This document shows positions 38,047-51,776 of a stretch of DNA of 64,000 nt, piece by piece. The notes beneath the pieces are model-generated. The model did no database searches and was not told the DNA's origin. It saw only the letters and a list, made by a program, of their open reading frames with translations. Both the position numbers and the translations under genes were made by a program. Origin of the DNA: Utricularia gibba (lineage: Eukaryota; Plantae; Magnoliophyta). The DNA lies in the NCBI GenBank assembly GCA_002189035.1, contig NEEC01000011.1:2480001-2544000 (forward strand), written 5' to 3'. Positions within the stretch are counted from its first letter, which is position 1; each line of letters starts with the position of its first letter.

Positions 38047-40083
38047 ATGCATAGCATTGACGAAGAGTCTTCGTCGGCTCCAACGGCGGCGGTGATTTTG
38101 CCGCCGCAAGGGGATGGCGGCTGTTCGGTGGAAGACCAAGTGATGAGTGAGATTCACTTGGGTTGCCCCCCGAATTTTTCCGGTCCGAAAACCTCCTGTT
38201 TCACCGTAGTCCTTCCGCCAAGTGAGTACATTGTTTCGTTGATGAATATATTGTTTGTTGGAACTAAGGGTAAAGGGCATTGATGCATTGGAAAGTGAAG
38301 GATAACATGGTTTTTTTTTATCCTTTGTGTAATTGTGGTTCCGTTGGTCAAGGTTCATCTTGAATTGCGTAGGAGATGAATGGATTAGGGGGAAAGTGAA
38401 TAATGCTACGAGCGATGTTTCTTATGAAATGGATGAGGACGGTGATTTACTTGTAGTTCGGCGGAACGGTAAATATTAAATTCCCCTTGAGTATTGTGGT
38501 TATGGGAGCTTCTGTGTTGTTTTTATTACGTTGTTTTGCTTTGCAGACCTACCTAACCATTCTTTGGTATTCAGAGTTCAGCACAATGTTACCTCTTCTC
38601 TTCCAAGAGTTGGTCTTCAGGTAGGATTAGGCTGAACTTTGAGGAGTAGTTGTTGACACCAGACTTTGACCACCTTATTTGGTCTCCCATTTCCCCGGGA
38701 TTTACCAAGCCCAAGCATATTGTGTTGAAATTTTAGAAACTTTTTTTATCCCTTTTTCCTGTTAGTAAGGTTTTGCATGTTTCAGGTTTGGAGAGCAGAG
38801 CTGGTACTAGCCGACTTTGTTCTTCACAATATGATTGATTTGTCCAATTGGGATGGAATTGTTGCAGTGGAGCTTGGGTGCGGGACTGGTGAGTCTTAGC
38901 GCTTATATCTTTCCTGTTTAATCCAGTGATGAACATTGAGCAGGGAATATCTCATGCACAGTCTGTTATATTAACCGTGCCTTTTCAATTATACTAGCCA
39001 TCTGATGTTGTATGTACAGGGTTGGTTGGCATGATTCTTGGGGTTGGTGCAAATACCGTCTTCTTAACGGGTAAGTGTCAGCGTGACACTCTTGGGATTC
39101 TTATTGCAGTTGAGTTTTGCTTAAGCCTTGGGAATTCATGTGTGAGGTGGATGTTCCTCCTCTCGTTTGTTATTCCACATAATGCTATGGAAAATTAGTT
39201 GTGAGAAAGTGCATAGAGTTAGAAGAACTTTCCACATCTTTCAGTCTTCTTAGTTGCTCTCTCAATGTAGAGTTATCTGCCTTCTAAGTTTATCTGCTAC
39301 TAAATATGACAGACCATGGTGAAGAGGTTCTAGGAAACTGCGCCTACAACGTTGATCTCAACTCTGAAATCTTTCACCCGGAAGCTTCAATACATGTGCG
39401 TGAACTTGATTGGAGAAGACCGTGGCCACCTGTCGATGTAGTAAATGCTCAATCTCAGACAAGGCAAGTTAGACTTTATTCCAAACGAAGCTTCCTAGTT
39501 GCCTATTCTGTTGATTTTCCAGAGACAAACCAAAACTTCAGGTGATATAACTCAGCTTACTCCATTCAGCTACACTTGGAGCGCAGCAGACATTGAGGAG
39601 CTTCAGAAAGCGTCCTTGTTGTTAGCTGCGGATGTCATTTACAGTGATGACTTAACTGATGCGTTTTTCAGTGTGTTGGAACCCGTTATGTCCTCCGGTC
39701 GAGAAAAGGTACATTTTTGCTCTTCGGAGTTTGATGCTTTGGTGCATCAGCTGTTGTCAATCACTGCAGGTTCTATACCTGGCGCTGGAAAAGCGGTACA
39801 ACTTCACCATGGACGATCTTGATGTGGTTGCAAATGGATACTCACACTTCCTAAGTTTTATTCAACACGAACAAGAACAAGGTAAGCATCTGCCCTCCAT
39901 CTCCTTGCTCCATATGAAGGAGTTTTTATGGTTTTGTACCTGAATGATGCAGAGGGTGGGTTCACGGGAAAACTCGTGAACTTGGCCAGTGTTCCGCAGT
40001 ACGTGCAGGGATACGATCGTGGGAACGACGTCGAAATGTGGGAGATAAGGTATGGCAAAGCCCGTCGTTCCGATGCTAGCTGA
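38047..40083 (+). CDS. METTL22: Methyltransferase-like protein 22 (Methyltransf_16 family), multi-exon
   Basis: DQVMSEIHLGCPP, VGLQVW, ELG(A)GTG SAM-binding motif across exons, VRELDW, AADVIYSDDLT, LALEKRYNF, YDRGNDVEMWEI; stop 40081-40083; one GC-AG intron 39464-39569. Confidence 0.88.
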
Positions 40084-40565
40084 ACGTGGTTGAAGCTTCA
40101 AAACCCATTTAGGCGGCGGGGATTTGCGTTTTTGGCATTATGGGGACGTTTTCGGTCCTTTTCTTCTCCATGTCTTCGCCGGTAGAACGTCGCCGGAAAG
40201 ACTGTATATCGGAAACTTAATCAAATTTGACATCACAACACTTTCGATGCTAAAATGCGCTACAGGGGTTGCGTAATCTAGTAAACACCGCTGTGTGGCT
40301 GGGCCCAATGAACAGGGCATGGTCACGGCCCCATTATTTCGTAAAAAGATTAATATGAATTAAATTCAATATTTTGAAAATCAATGTTAATGTTCCGATA
40401 TTGCCCTTCGGGCCACGGGGGGTAGACCCACCTCTTCAACGCTCACTTCATGAACGCGCAGATTCTCTCTCTTGATCTTCCCTGAAGATTGCAATTCCCC
40501 CAGTATCTGTTCGTCCACTCTGATCTTGGTGGTTCTGCAATTGATCAGTTTGTTGTTTATCGAAA

Positions 40566-43500
40566 ATGGTGAGTTGTCTATTCGTTTCCGGTGATTTACC
40601 TATTTTTTTGTTTCAGATCTGAGTGCTTTAGGGGTTTGGGAATTTCTGGTTTCCGAAATTTCGTGCTGCTTCTAGAATGATTGTCATGGGGCATTTCATA
40701 GCATTAGTGTTCACTGTTATTTTGAGATCTGGAGATGTATTGCAGTTTCTCACTTGGTTTTTTTCTGATTGTTCTTTTCTCTTTGGCAGCCTCTTAGACT
40801 GGATATCAAGGTACCAATTCGTCTGTTTTCGCAATTGCTTGTAGTTGGGTTAAGTAGATGTTGATGCTGAACCCCTGAATTACTGTTTTCAGAGAAAATT
40901 TTCCCAGAGATCAGAACGAGTGAAATCAGTGGATCTGCATCCTACAGAGCCATGGTATGCTTCAGCCATTTGCATTTGCTGAAAATTTTCGTTGTAATTA
41001 TTGTTGTCTATGGGACGAGTGAATGATTCTTTCACGATCCTAGTCATCACTAGCGACTCTGTAATGGAATAATTGATTCATCATGAAAATTGAACATGTG
41101 ATGCACTATTTCATTCGTCTTGTTCGGAACGTTTTCCATTGGTGCTCCTTTATGTATTTCTGTTGCCTTAGTGTGGTGCGTTTTTGTAACAGGATATTGG
41201 CAAGTATGTATTCCGGTACAGTTTGCATTTGGAACTGTCAGACCCAGGTAAACAAATACTTTTAGATTTTTAGTTGATGTATACAGTTCCACTTCTATCA
41301 TTGATGACTCGGTAGTTTCGCAGTTTCATGTTATGTGTAACGGAAAACATGGAATCCTTGGTAATAAGGATGACACTTTCTCTAGTCCCTGGGCAGACGT
41401 AATTCAGATCTTGTGATAGGGTTCATCTTTTTCTCTAGCACTTCATCGGCCACCTCATGTGTTTATTTGACATAATGTTAATTGTATAGCATGATTTTCT
41501 TCAGAAATTTTCATTGCTTTTTTTTTTGAGAACTCTCAATGGATGCTGACTCAATTTTACCCCCAGCAAATCTGTTTTACTTTTTCTCATTAACCAGTGA
41601 TACTCATATTTTTGTATTTTTGTGACAGAATATTTGTACGTGTTATTTTTTCTGATTTTTGCCATGTTATCCATTTAAGTGAATATTTATTTTCTTTAGT
41701 CTTTACGAAAGCATTCCTTCTGATATAGGCAATGGTAAAATCATTTGAAGTCACAGAACTTCCAGGTGATGGGAATGTATATTTCTTTAGTTTGATATAT
41801 CCAGTCCTTTATCATTTTAAGGGATTTAGAATTCCTGAATATCCTGTTTAATATTCCAGTTAGGTCAGCCAAGTTTATTGCACGAAAGCAGTGGGTAGTT
41901 GCTGGTGCGGATGACATGCATATCCGTGTGTACAATTACAATACAATGGATAAGGTCAAAGTGTTTGAGGCTCATACGGATTATATACGATGTGTGGCTG
42001 TACATCCCACTCTTCCCTATGTTCTGTCATCGTCAGATGACATGCTCATAAAACTTTGGGACTGGGAAAAGGGATGGGCATGTACACAAATCTTTGAGGG
42101 TCATTCCCATTATGTTATGCAAGTGACATTTAATCCTAAAGATACAAACACTTTTGCAAGTGCATCTCTCGATCGCACCATTAAGGTATGGACCAAATTT
42201 TTTTATTAGTGGAGGTTTTACTGTTGTTTTGATCTTTTCTTAAATTGGAAGCCTGAATGTTGCATTGTAGATTTGGAACCTTGGGTCTCCTGATCCCAAT
42301 TTTACACTAGATGCACATGCAAAAGGAGTCAACTGTGTAGATTACTTTACTGGCGGGGACAAACCTTATTTGATAACTGGTTCAGATGATCATACTGCTA
42401 AGGTTTTTTGCTTTCTTTTTCTTTTCCCCCTTTTTTCATATTACGAGTTTTTCTAAGGTGAATCCTAAATTTGTAAGAAAATATGTCATGCAGGTTTGGG
42501 ATTATCAAACAAAGAGTTGTGTTCAAACATTAGAAGGCCACACACACAATATATCAGCTGTTTGTTTCCATCCTGAGCTTCCCATTATAATAACAGGATC
42601 GGAGGATGGTACAGTGCGCGTATGGCATGCTACAACATATAGGTTAGTTTCCTTTGAGACAAGATATGGGTGGACAATGGTAGATGCAACTTATTGTCCA
42701 TCTAGAAGTTATTTTCTTCAAATGTAGGGACATTATTTAGTATTATGTGTTAATTATTCTGTTTTAGTTTTTATGTACTTGTGTATCCTAGCTATATATC
42801 AGAAGTTTAGGGTTTTATACTATTGATTTTTGTTTTCCTAGAATTTATTCTCAGTGAGTTTTGCGGTGCCATGCAGGAACGAGAACACATTGAATTATGG
42901 CCTTGAAAGAGTTTGGGCGATTGGTTACCTGAAAGGTTCAAGACGGTAGGCATCTTTACATTTCAGATATCACTTGTTTAGCCGAATCTGCCGTTTATCG
43001 CTCACTCCAGTTTCTGAAAATGTTGCATTAGACAAAGTATTCTCCATGAAAATGCATTGGTAGATGATATTATTTTTTTTTGGTTGAAGATTCTTTCTTA
43101 TTGTGTAGGATTGTAATTGGTTATGATGAAGGAACAATTATGGTAAAGCTTGGTCGGGAGGTACCTATTGCTAGTATGGACAACAGTGGGAAAATTATCT
43201 GGGCTAAACACAATGAAATTCAAGCTGTCAACATTAAGAGCATTGGTGCAGATTATGAGGTATAAGCTCATTGGGCTTTGTAAATCATGGTTTGAATTAT
43301 CTAAGTTCATAATTTCACAGGTTTCAGATGGAGAAAGGCTGCCATTGGCTGTTAAGGATCTGGCAACTTGTGACATTTACCCTCAGGTATTTTCTTCGCT
43401 ATTCATGGAATATATTGCAGTTTCTATCCTTGTGATTTTTAGTCGCTAAGTTGTGATTTTTTTTCCGGGTGGTGTATCTGTGTAGTCAGGTTCATTCATG

Positions 43501-46500
43501 TATTTGGGAGATTTTATATCTCTTCTTTTTTTATTTAAATCATGTTTACCCTTTTTGGGTGATGTATGCATCTCCTTGCAGAATTTGAAGCACAACCCCA
43601 ATGGCAGGTTTGTTGTTGTATGTGGGGATGGGGAATACTCAATTTGCACTGCCGTGGCATGGAGAAACAAATCATTTGGCTCTGCATTGGAAGTCGTCTG
43701 GTCAACTGAAGGAGAATTTTCCATTAGAGAGAGTACATCAAAGATCAGGATCTTCAATAAAAGTTTCTCGGTTGGTATTACCTTTCAGTTTAATCTGTAT
43801 GAAAAATTTGTTTTTATCCACCCTCTGTAGGGATCTTAATATTAATAAATCTCTTCCTCTGGTTGTAATATAACCTTATATTTTATACATTTTTAATATT
43901 TTTTTTCCAAGACACTTAGTCACCTCCTTCCTGATCGCACCTGGAATATTTTAAATTCTTGCTTTCATTTTTTTATCTCTATTATGTTTCCAATCTCCAA
44001 TGCCTAGGATATGGCTTTATTTTTTATCGCAGGAAAAGAAAAGTATCCGTCCTACATTTTCTGCAGAGCACATCTTTGGTGGCAATCTATTGGCGATGTC
44101 TGCAAATGATTTCCTGTGCTTTTATGATTGGGCCGAATGCAGGTTAATTCGAAGAATCGACGTCAACGTCAAGGTATCAAACTTCTCACTGTTTTATCAT
44201 TGTTTACCCCTTAATCATTATTACTATGAATTTATTTAATTTTGTTTTCAGAATGTGTACTGGGCTGACAGTGGTGATCTGGTGGCCATTGCGAGTGACA
44301 CATCATTCTATGTTCTTAAATACAATGTAAGCATGCCATTCTTTGACTTTCTTTTAGATTTGTTAGTATTTAATTGGAAACTGTTCCTTTTCCTTTCTCT
44401 TATTACAGCGGGATGTAGTTTCTGCTCATCTGGATTCTGGAAAAGCAGTGGATGAGCAGGGTGTAGAAGATGCTTTTGATCTTCTATATGAAATGCCTGA
44501 GCGAGTAAGAACTGCAATTTGGGTTGGAGATTGCTTTATCTACACTAATTCCTCGTGGAGACTTAATTATTGCGTTGGTGGTGAGGTATGTCGTCAGTGA
44601 CATTTTTTGGTCTCAGGAGTGGAAAGGTGACCGTTGTACCAAATCTAACCTGTTGTCTCAACGTTATCTTTCAGACGACCACAATGTATCATTTAGATCG
44701 ACCCATGTACCTGCTTGGCTATCTTGCATATCAAAGCCGGGTTTATCTCATTGACAAAGAGTTTAAGTGAGTTATATTTGGGATTTGCGAAATGTATGAT
44801 TTTTGGTATTATTATTTGTAACTTTTGTGCAACAGAAACCGAAAATGAGTTTCATTCTCTTTCATTTCATGATACCAATCATTATTCTCGCTTGTTAGGA
44901 AATTTATTTTTTGTGCTGGAACTGCAGTGTTATGGGATACACTTTGCTGCTCAGCATGATTGAGTATAAGACTCTTGTAATGCGTGGTGATTTTGGAAGA
45001 GCTAATGCACTTTTGCCATCAATTCCAAAGGAACATCACAACAGGTCCGTAGTTGTTTACCTGCTGAATTTATTATTATGATGAGAATACCATTAGTGGT
45101 TACCTGCTGAAAAATCTTGGAAAGTTAGTACATTTCCTCAAATTGACTTTAAGAGTTTATTACTGGCTGTTCATGGTGATACTGGATTTGTTTTCTCTGG
45201 ATAGTGTTGCCCATTTCTTGGAGTCAAGGGGGATGCCGGAGGATGCTCTTAGTATTGCTACGGATCCCGACTATAGATTTGAATTGGCCATTCAATTAGG
45301 AAAATTGGAGATTGCAAAGGTAATAGTGTGAAGTCAACTGTTGGGAGCATCAGACTCTGAAATATGATATCTTTAATTTCCCATCAGGTTCTGGAGTTCT
45401 AGTCAGTAAATTCTCATTGTTTCTATCTGCGCCTCAGGAAATTGCAGCTGATGCACATAGCGAGTCTAAGTGGAGGCAATTGGGTGAATTGGCTATGTCT
45501 ACTGGAATGGTAATTCACTTGGTTTCATCTCTACTGGCTGAATCAACTGCTAAATTCATTTTATGTGTAAATAAAATAATATCATTATGAAGTACACTAG
45601 AAGCTTCTGTTTTTCATCAAAATAAGGTTTGATCATTTCTCTGCTTCTGTTTGTGTTTGCGGATCTAAATATTTGTAAGCTATTCCTGGTATACACTAGT
45701 TCTAAATATCATGCTCCATATTTGCATTTCAGTTGGGGATGGCAGAAGAATGTTTGAAGCAAGCGAATGATTTGAGTGGTCTGTTGCTACTATATTCGTC
45801 CTTAGGCGATGCAGAAGGAATTTCTCAGCTTGCTTCTGTTGCCAAGGAGCATGGGAAGAACAATGTCGCATTTCTCTGTCTATTTATGCTTGGTAAGTTG
45901 GAGGACTGCCTCCAGCTTTTGGTTGACAGGTAATGTTTTCTTCTTCGTCCTTCCTGATTTGTTTGTCAGCCTAACTCATGAATTCTATGCAGCAACCGGA
46001 TACCGGAAGCTGCATTGATGGCACGATCCTACCTCCCAAGTAAGGTTTCAGAAATCGTTGCTCTTTGGAGAAAGGACCTCAGCAAGGTGGTTTATCGAAG
46101 ATCCTGTCTTTTCTGAAATCATGCGCATCGTGGCATGGGATCTAAATAAGAGTCTTAGTGATATGTTTATTTGAGGATCATGCGTTGCTTGAAAACATGC
46201 AGATTAATCAGAAGGCTGCTGAGTCTCTTGCTGATCCAGAAGAATACCCTAATTTGTTTGATGACTGGCAAGTTGCTCTTGCTGTTGAAGCTGAAGTTGC
46301 TGAGACACGGTATATGCTAATTTAAATGATTGATTTTTGGGTTTGGTGTTTCAAGTGGTGAAGCTCATCATGGCTGCTGTTATTCAAAATTTCACATGAT
46401 ACGGCTTATTTTTAATGATACTTCGACTGTGTGCTCGTGTTTTACATGAAGTAATGGAAGTTTATTAATGGAAGCGACTTTTTTCTCAAGGGGTAAATAC

Positions 46501-46949
46501 CGTCCTGCAGCTGAATATGTCGACCATGTCCATAGATCCACAGAAAGTCTTGTAGAAGCTCGCAAGAATTTCCAAATGGAAGAGTCTACTGAAAATGGAG
46601 GCCTGGATTATGAGGTGCATCTGAACTAATCCATTGTTATTTGGTCTTACAGATGAATATTCGTTCTGGAAAAGCATGGGTTGATGCTCTACCTGTGATA
46701 TTTAAATTCCTGCTACATATTAGATATATGGCTTGGTTCAAAGTAAATCCCTTTTCCTGTTCTGATCAGGATGCTGAGACTGATGGAGAAGCAGCAGAGG
46801 TGACTGACGGTGAAGTAGATGGGCATGCCAAAAATCAGGAAGAGGCAGTGATAGTGGAATCCGATTCTACAGACGGTACTGAACTAGTTAATGGCAACAA
46901 GGCTGAGGAACAGTGGGGTATGAATAATGAAGGAAAACCCTCAGCCTAA
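40566..46949 (+). CDS. COPB2: Coatomer subunit beta-prime (WD40 plus alpha-solenoid)
   Basis: ATG-only first exon (40566-40568), 21-nt exon PLRLDIK (40790-40810), [63 protein letters not shown]; ends [14 protein letters not shown]. An alternative last exon lies at 47341-47360. Confidence 0.97.
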
Positions 46950-47921
46950 AACAATTAGTTTTGGGGGGTGTTAGTCATAGTTTTCTTGCTGATGATCAAT
47001 AGTTTTTTTTTTCTTTTTTTACCTGAGCCTGAATAATACTATGTGCTATTATGCCACTCTTGTGTTCATCGTAAATAAATATGTTTCATACTTGAGCAAG
47101 TCGCCTTATATTTTGATTTGACTCCATGTATTTTTCCTCTCTGTTTATTTGTATGATGAATTCCTATTGCTGTTGTGCCGTCACCTATACCATGTGCTCA
47201 AACTCATGTTGAAAGTCCTGATGAACTTCTGGTGCTCTCAAGAATTTTGTGATAGGAACTGGCGTTTTTGTGAGCAATGGTGTTGCTGAAGTTGTTAAGG
47301 TAGCCTTACTCTTTTCGTTTCCATGTTGCTGAGTTTGCAGTGCTTACACCTCATGCATGAGTCAACTCAAGACAGCTTTTGCGTGCTGTGTTTTTTTGGC
47401 GGCCATGGTGAGAATTGAGGTCTGTTCTCCTCCTGTACTTGGACCCAAAATTTTCCTTCCCTTAAAAGCCACCTCCTAAGAAAGACACCCTAAGATATTG
47501 TTGATACAAACAGGCAAAACACACCCTAAGGAGGCTGTCCCTGTTCAAGAGCATAGATTTTTTAAAGCTGCTGCTGGTGACTTGTTTCTGTTCTGATGCA
47601 ACTCCCTGTCTGGGAATAGAATTCATTCATACCTTTCTTTCTTGTGGTATTTGGACCAGCAGCACCATTCTGCATTATTCGAATTGAAGGCTTATTATTT
47701 TCATTATCCACAGTAGCGTTCTTTGTCATTACTTCGGTTTCAAAAAGCGAACAAGGGCACGCCAATTACATATATGACAAGCTCTCTCTCTCTCTCTCTC
47801 TCCCTCTCTGTGTTATTTCATTACACAATTTATTTTATTACAACACTGACAAGGCGACAACAAAGACAAACACAAGAGTGGCAGCTGCAACGGGTGGAGG
47901 ATGAGGAGCTGGTTTCATGAT

Positions 47922-48050
47922 TCAACGACGGCGAGCCGCGGCTCCGGCGGCCGGAGATTGAACTCCGGGCAGTAATGGGCCATTTCTCCGTTCAGGACCA
48001 TTACAGATTTCGATCACGAACCCATCTGGATGGACATAAATCCCACCTTG
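47922..48050 (-). pseudogene. Degenerate 3' remnant of a glyoxalase I-like (VOC family, GLYI4/GLYI7-type) gene
   Basis: QGGIYVHPDGFVIEICNG resembles the family C-terminal motif EGGIYVDQLFFHDPDGFMIEICNC with DQLFF and D missing. No upstream exons are visible, and a 3'UTR-like tract with (GA)n follows. Confidence 0.65.
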
Positions 48051-48572
48051 TGTTGCACCACCCTCCCTTGTTTGAAATTGTTTCTTTTCTGAATTTTCTA
48101 AAATTATACGAATATTATTATTATTATCAGTGATTTGATTTTTGCATTGAATTGGACGCGGCATTCTTTGTGACACGTGGTATACATACACTGGTTGTTT
48201 ATACAATTAAAATAATCGAGATATTTTTAAAGCATGTCCTCGTCAATACCAACGATGGCAAAAACCTTCATGCTCATTAATATATTTTGATAGAATATTA
48301 AAGATTATTTTTATTTAATATTCAGTAAAGTACAAACTCATTTATTAGATAATTTTAATTAATTCTATAATGTTAAAAGTATATATTATGAATGTTGTAA
48401 TAATATTATATATAAATTTATAAAGTAATCACAAATGGTTTTGGGCCGTTGACGAGTGTAAATTTGAGGCCCAAAAAGGGCCCGCGAAGCACGTGTGAAT
48501 TAATTCCGCTGGCGTTCCTGAGTTGCGTCCACAGACAGGCTTGCAAGTTGCAACGAGTTTCAGAGAGACTTT

Positions 48573-49442
48573 ATGGCTCTCGTCCAGCCGTCGCTCCTCC
48601 CACTTCCGGCGACCGTTAACTCTCGCCGCATAATGTGTACGGCTGCGGCGAAAAAGTCCTTGAAACAGCGAGGCGACGCTGTGGCAACGGACTGGGTGAA
48701 GGAAACCGCTAGCTTCTTCGAGCGGGATTCTCGCCCCATCATGTTGTTCGATGGTACTTCGCGCTCCCCGTTGGATATCCAAGTATGATGTTTGAAATAT
48801 TTTATTGTTCATGATTTTTTTGCGCTCTAGGCGTCTGCAATTTGTGCAATGGAGGAGTCAAGTTTGTCCGCGACTATGATCGGAAAAGGTTGAATTTTTG
48901 TTTTCCTCGGAATCTCATTTCGAGCATGAGTTTTGACTTGATTCAATTTGGTCACTTAGTAGTGCTTTCATTCTTCTCTTCGACTAGGAATATCCGTTTC
49001 GAATCTCTGCAAAGTGAAGCTGGAAAGAAATTGCTTCAGAGATCTGGCCGAGCCCCTGATGATATCTCAAGCGTTGTTCTTGTAGAGAAAGATAGGTACG
49101 CTTCTTCTCGATAATTGATCATCATCTCCAACTAGAGTTCCTTAGGCAAGATTAGGAGCATGATGTGCATCTCTCTGGATATCAATCCCAGATCATACAT
49201 AAAGTCAGAGGCTGTGCTCAAGATCATGAACAACATGGATCTTCCATTTCCTCAGCTGGCTCTCATGCTGCAGCTCTTACCCGAGTAATTCATCACTAGT
49301 CTCCTCTTCTGTGTGCCGTTGAATCCCTCTAAACGGCTGCTCGATTGTTGTGCTTTGCAGGTTTACAAGGGATTTCATTTATGAGAGGATTGCAGACAAC
49401 AGATACAATTTCTTTGGTCACACAGATTCTTGTGAAATATAG
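48573..49442 (+). CDS. DCC family thiol-disulfide oxidoreductase (DUF393, At1g52590-like), probably plastid-targeted, 5 exons
   Basis: PIMLFDG|VCNLCNGGVKFV (DxxCxxC), SLQSEAGKKLL, YIKSEAVLKI, RDFIYERIADNRY...SCEI stop. Confidence 0.92.
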
Positions 49443-50074
49443 GACAAACACTATTCTTGTTCCTCCCACTGGAGGAACAAATGCATCTTGCTCCCTCCCC
49501 CATGATCATCACCTTATTGTTTCAAACTAAGATCTTATACATGGTTCCTTACACTTTCCTCCTGTCCCTGCATTGAACCGCCATCCGCCTACTCGAGGAT
49601 GGGGGTGTACCATGCTCTCTCTGAATCAATTCAAGACGTATCAATTTGGGTCATAGAATATGCATAGGATGCTGGAGCTGTTACCACATGGGTGAAAAGT
49701 TTGTTGGGAAGAGGTAAAAATGGTGAGAAAGGCACGGTGTTAGGGTAAAAAGACGAATGCCCAGAAGAGGCAAATGCTTCAGTAGGAATTGAAGAACAAG
49801 CATATAAGATTCTGTAAGGAGCTTCATTTTGATAGCCTTTATTGAGGTTGGATGATGCTGTTGTGGATGCAGAGACCAAAACAAGGACTACTGCATCCCG
49901 AATTAAATTCATGCACAGTGAAGCTGAGCAGGCCCCAACATCTGAGTTCAGTTGGTTCGTGACAGGAGACCAGAGATGTATATTATATACTGTTTATTAC
50001 TAATTACACAACGAATTGGACTACTTTGGGTATGCTGACCCTAGGATTTCAGACAGGATGAAAACGAACCACTG

Positions 50075-50691
50075 TCAGTTCCTGTTGAGAAGTTCCTCGA
50101 TCATCTGCAAGGCGATTCTTTCCTCCTCGTCGATCCCACTGCTCGGGATCGGATCGGCGCGAGTGGGGGGTTCCGGCGGAGGCGGAGGAGCCATGATGTC
50201 AGTAAAGCTTCTGTTGTTGCTACTGTTGCTACCCAGTTGCACCATCATGACCCATTTGGAGTTCTCGGAGTCCGACCGGGCCCCCGCCCGTTTCTGCCAC
50301 ACGCCGATGTGGGAGTTCTCCGTGTCGAGACGCAGGCAGGTCAAGGACGGCGACTTGCAGCATTTTCGAAGCTTGGCGCTGAGGATGGAGGAGAGGGAGT
50401 TGGCGTTGCCGGAGTTGAACTGGTACTCCGGCGGAACGGGGAAGTTGGTCTTGGCATTTCGGCCGCTCATCAGTATCGCCGCCTCGTCGTACGCCCTCGC
50501 CGCCGCCTCCGCCGTGTCGAAGGTCCCCAGCCACACCCTCCTCTTCCTGCCAGCAAACCCCCAATTCATAAAACCCGAATAAAAATGGGAATCAAATCAT
50601 AAGTAACACACAGCAGAGGGTGACGAATCTCGGAGACCCAGGAGCCCCAGTGGCGCTGGCGGACCCCTCTGAACTTTTTGGCCTGCACCAT
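50075..50691 (-). CDS. SHN1: SHINE/WIN1-type AP2/ERF transcription factor
   Basis: [27 protein letters not shown]|KRRVWLGTF (80-nt exon 1, intron 50611-50547), middle motif [35 protein letters not shown]-terminal [14 protein letters not shown]. Exact paralogue (SHN1/2/3) is uncertain. Confidence 0.9.
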
Positions 50692-51706
50692 TCTCACCAA
50701 CAGCAACAAAACACCGAGCTCACGAAACTCAACATCAATATATAGAAACAGCACGAGAAAGAGAGAGAGAGAGAGGGGATGGATCGTCAGCTTTATAGGA
50801 TTTAACGAGCAGGGATCTTCCTGTCGGCGAGCCTGGGCCTCTCCAGTAGCAATACACTATTTTATTTTATTACATCATTATTTTTGTTGGAATTATTTCT
50901 GATTTTTTGAAACTAATTCATCTTATATTTCCCAAACATTTCTCGAAAATTACTTTTTAAAAGGTAAATTCAACTAAAATGATTCATTTAGTATGTTGAA
51001 ATTAAACATACGATAAATAAAACGAGTAACGTAAAACTCAAATACATAAAAAATATAGATAACATTATACAAAATTAAACTCAATCTATTAATATTAATC
51101 TATAATATTTTATATACTTGATTAATTTAATTTAATTTTTATTTTAATATAACACACCCTCATCACACTGTCCGTACATGTGATATTTGGCACCAATTTT
51201 ACAGAAATAGAAAAAAAAAACTATTCTATAAAAGGCGCGTGTGTGTTGTTTCTAAAAATAGGATATGAGGAAATAGGTCCTGGTTAGGACAAGACTAGGG
51301 GATTAGTGCATAGGCTGATGATGAAGTGTGTGGGTGTCGTGGAACGAGTGGTGCATTATTTGGTCGATACTTAGACATAATTTGGTCGCATCGCACGTAC
51401 AAACTATGACCTATTTTCTCCTAATAATGTCGTCTTCCCCCATCGCCATAGGTCTCATCTCTGCCCCATGACCTACACCTTTGTTCAAACCCTAATCATC
51501 ATCTTATATTATAATTATATTAATATGTGGAATAATGTTTTTTAAATGAAATTTATATACCACGTTATTTATATTAATATTTTATTTAAATAAAAGTATT
51601 TTCCATTTTATTTGTAATTTATCAACTTATTAAATATATCAATCACACAAAAATTTATTGTAGGGGGTTTAAAACGCACGTTTGGACTTAACGAGGGTGC
51701 ATTAGT

Positions 51707-51722
51707 CACGTGCGCGCACGTG
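51707..51722. promoter_or_regulatory. Perfect 16-bp palindrome: G-box, CGCG, G-box
   Basis: CACGTGCGCGCACGTG, 55 bp upstream of the PPR ATG in the SHN/PPR divergent region. Confidence 0.55.
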
Positions 51723-51776
51723 TGCTTGCAATGGACAAACAAAAAATAAAATAAAATAAGGACGACTGAGATCGGC

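Noticed and set aside
49631-49912. 93-aa minus-strand ORF with a hydrophobic start
   Set aside because: No recognisable peptide-hormone motif; it lies in the convergent 3'UTR zone of SHN and DCC.
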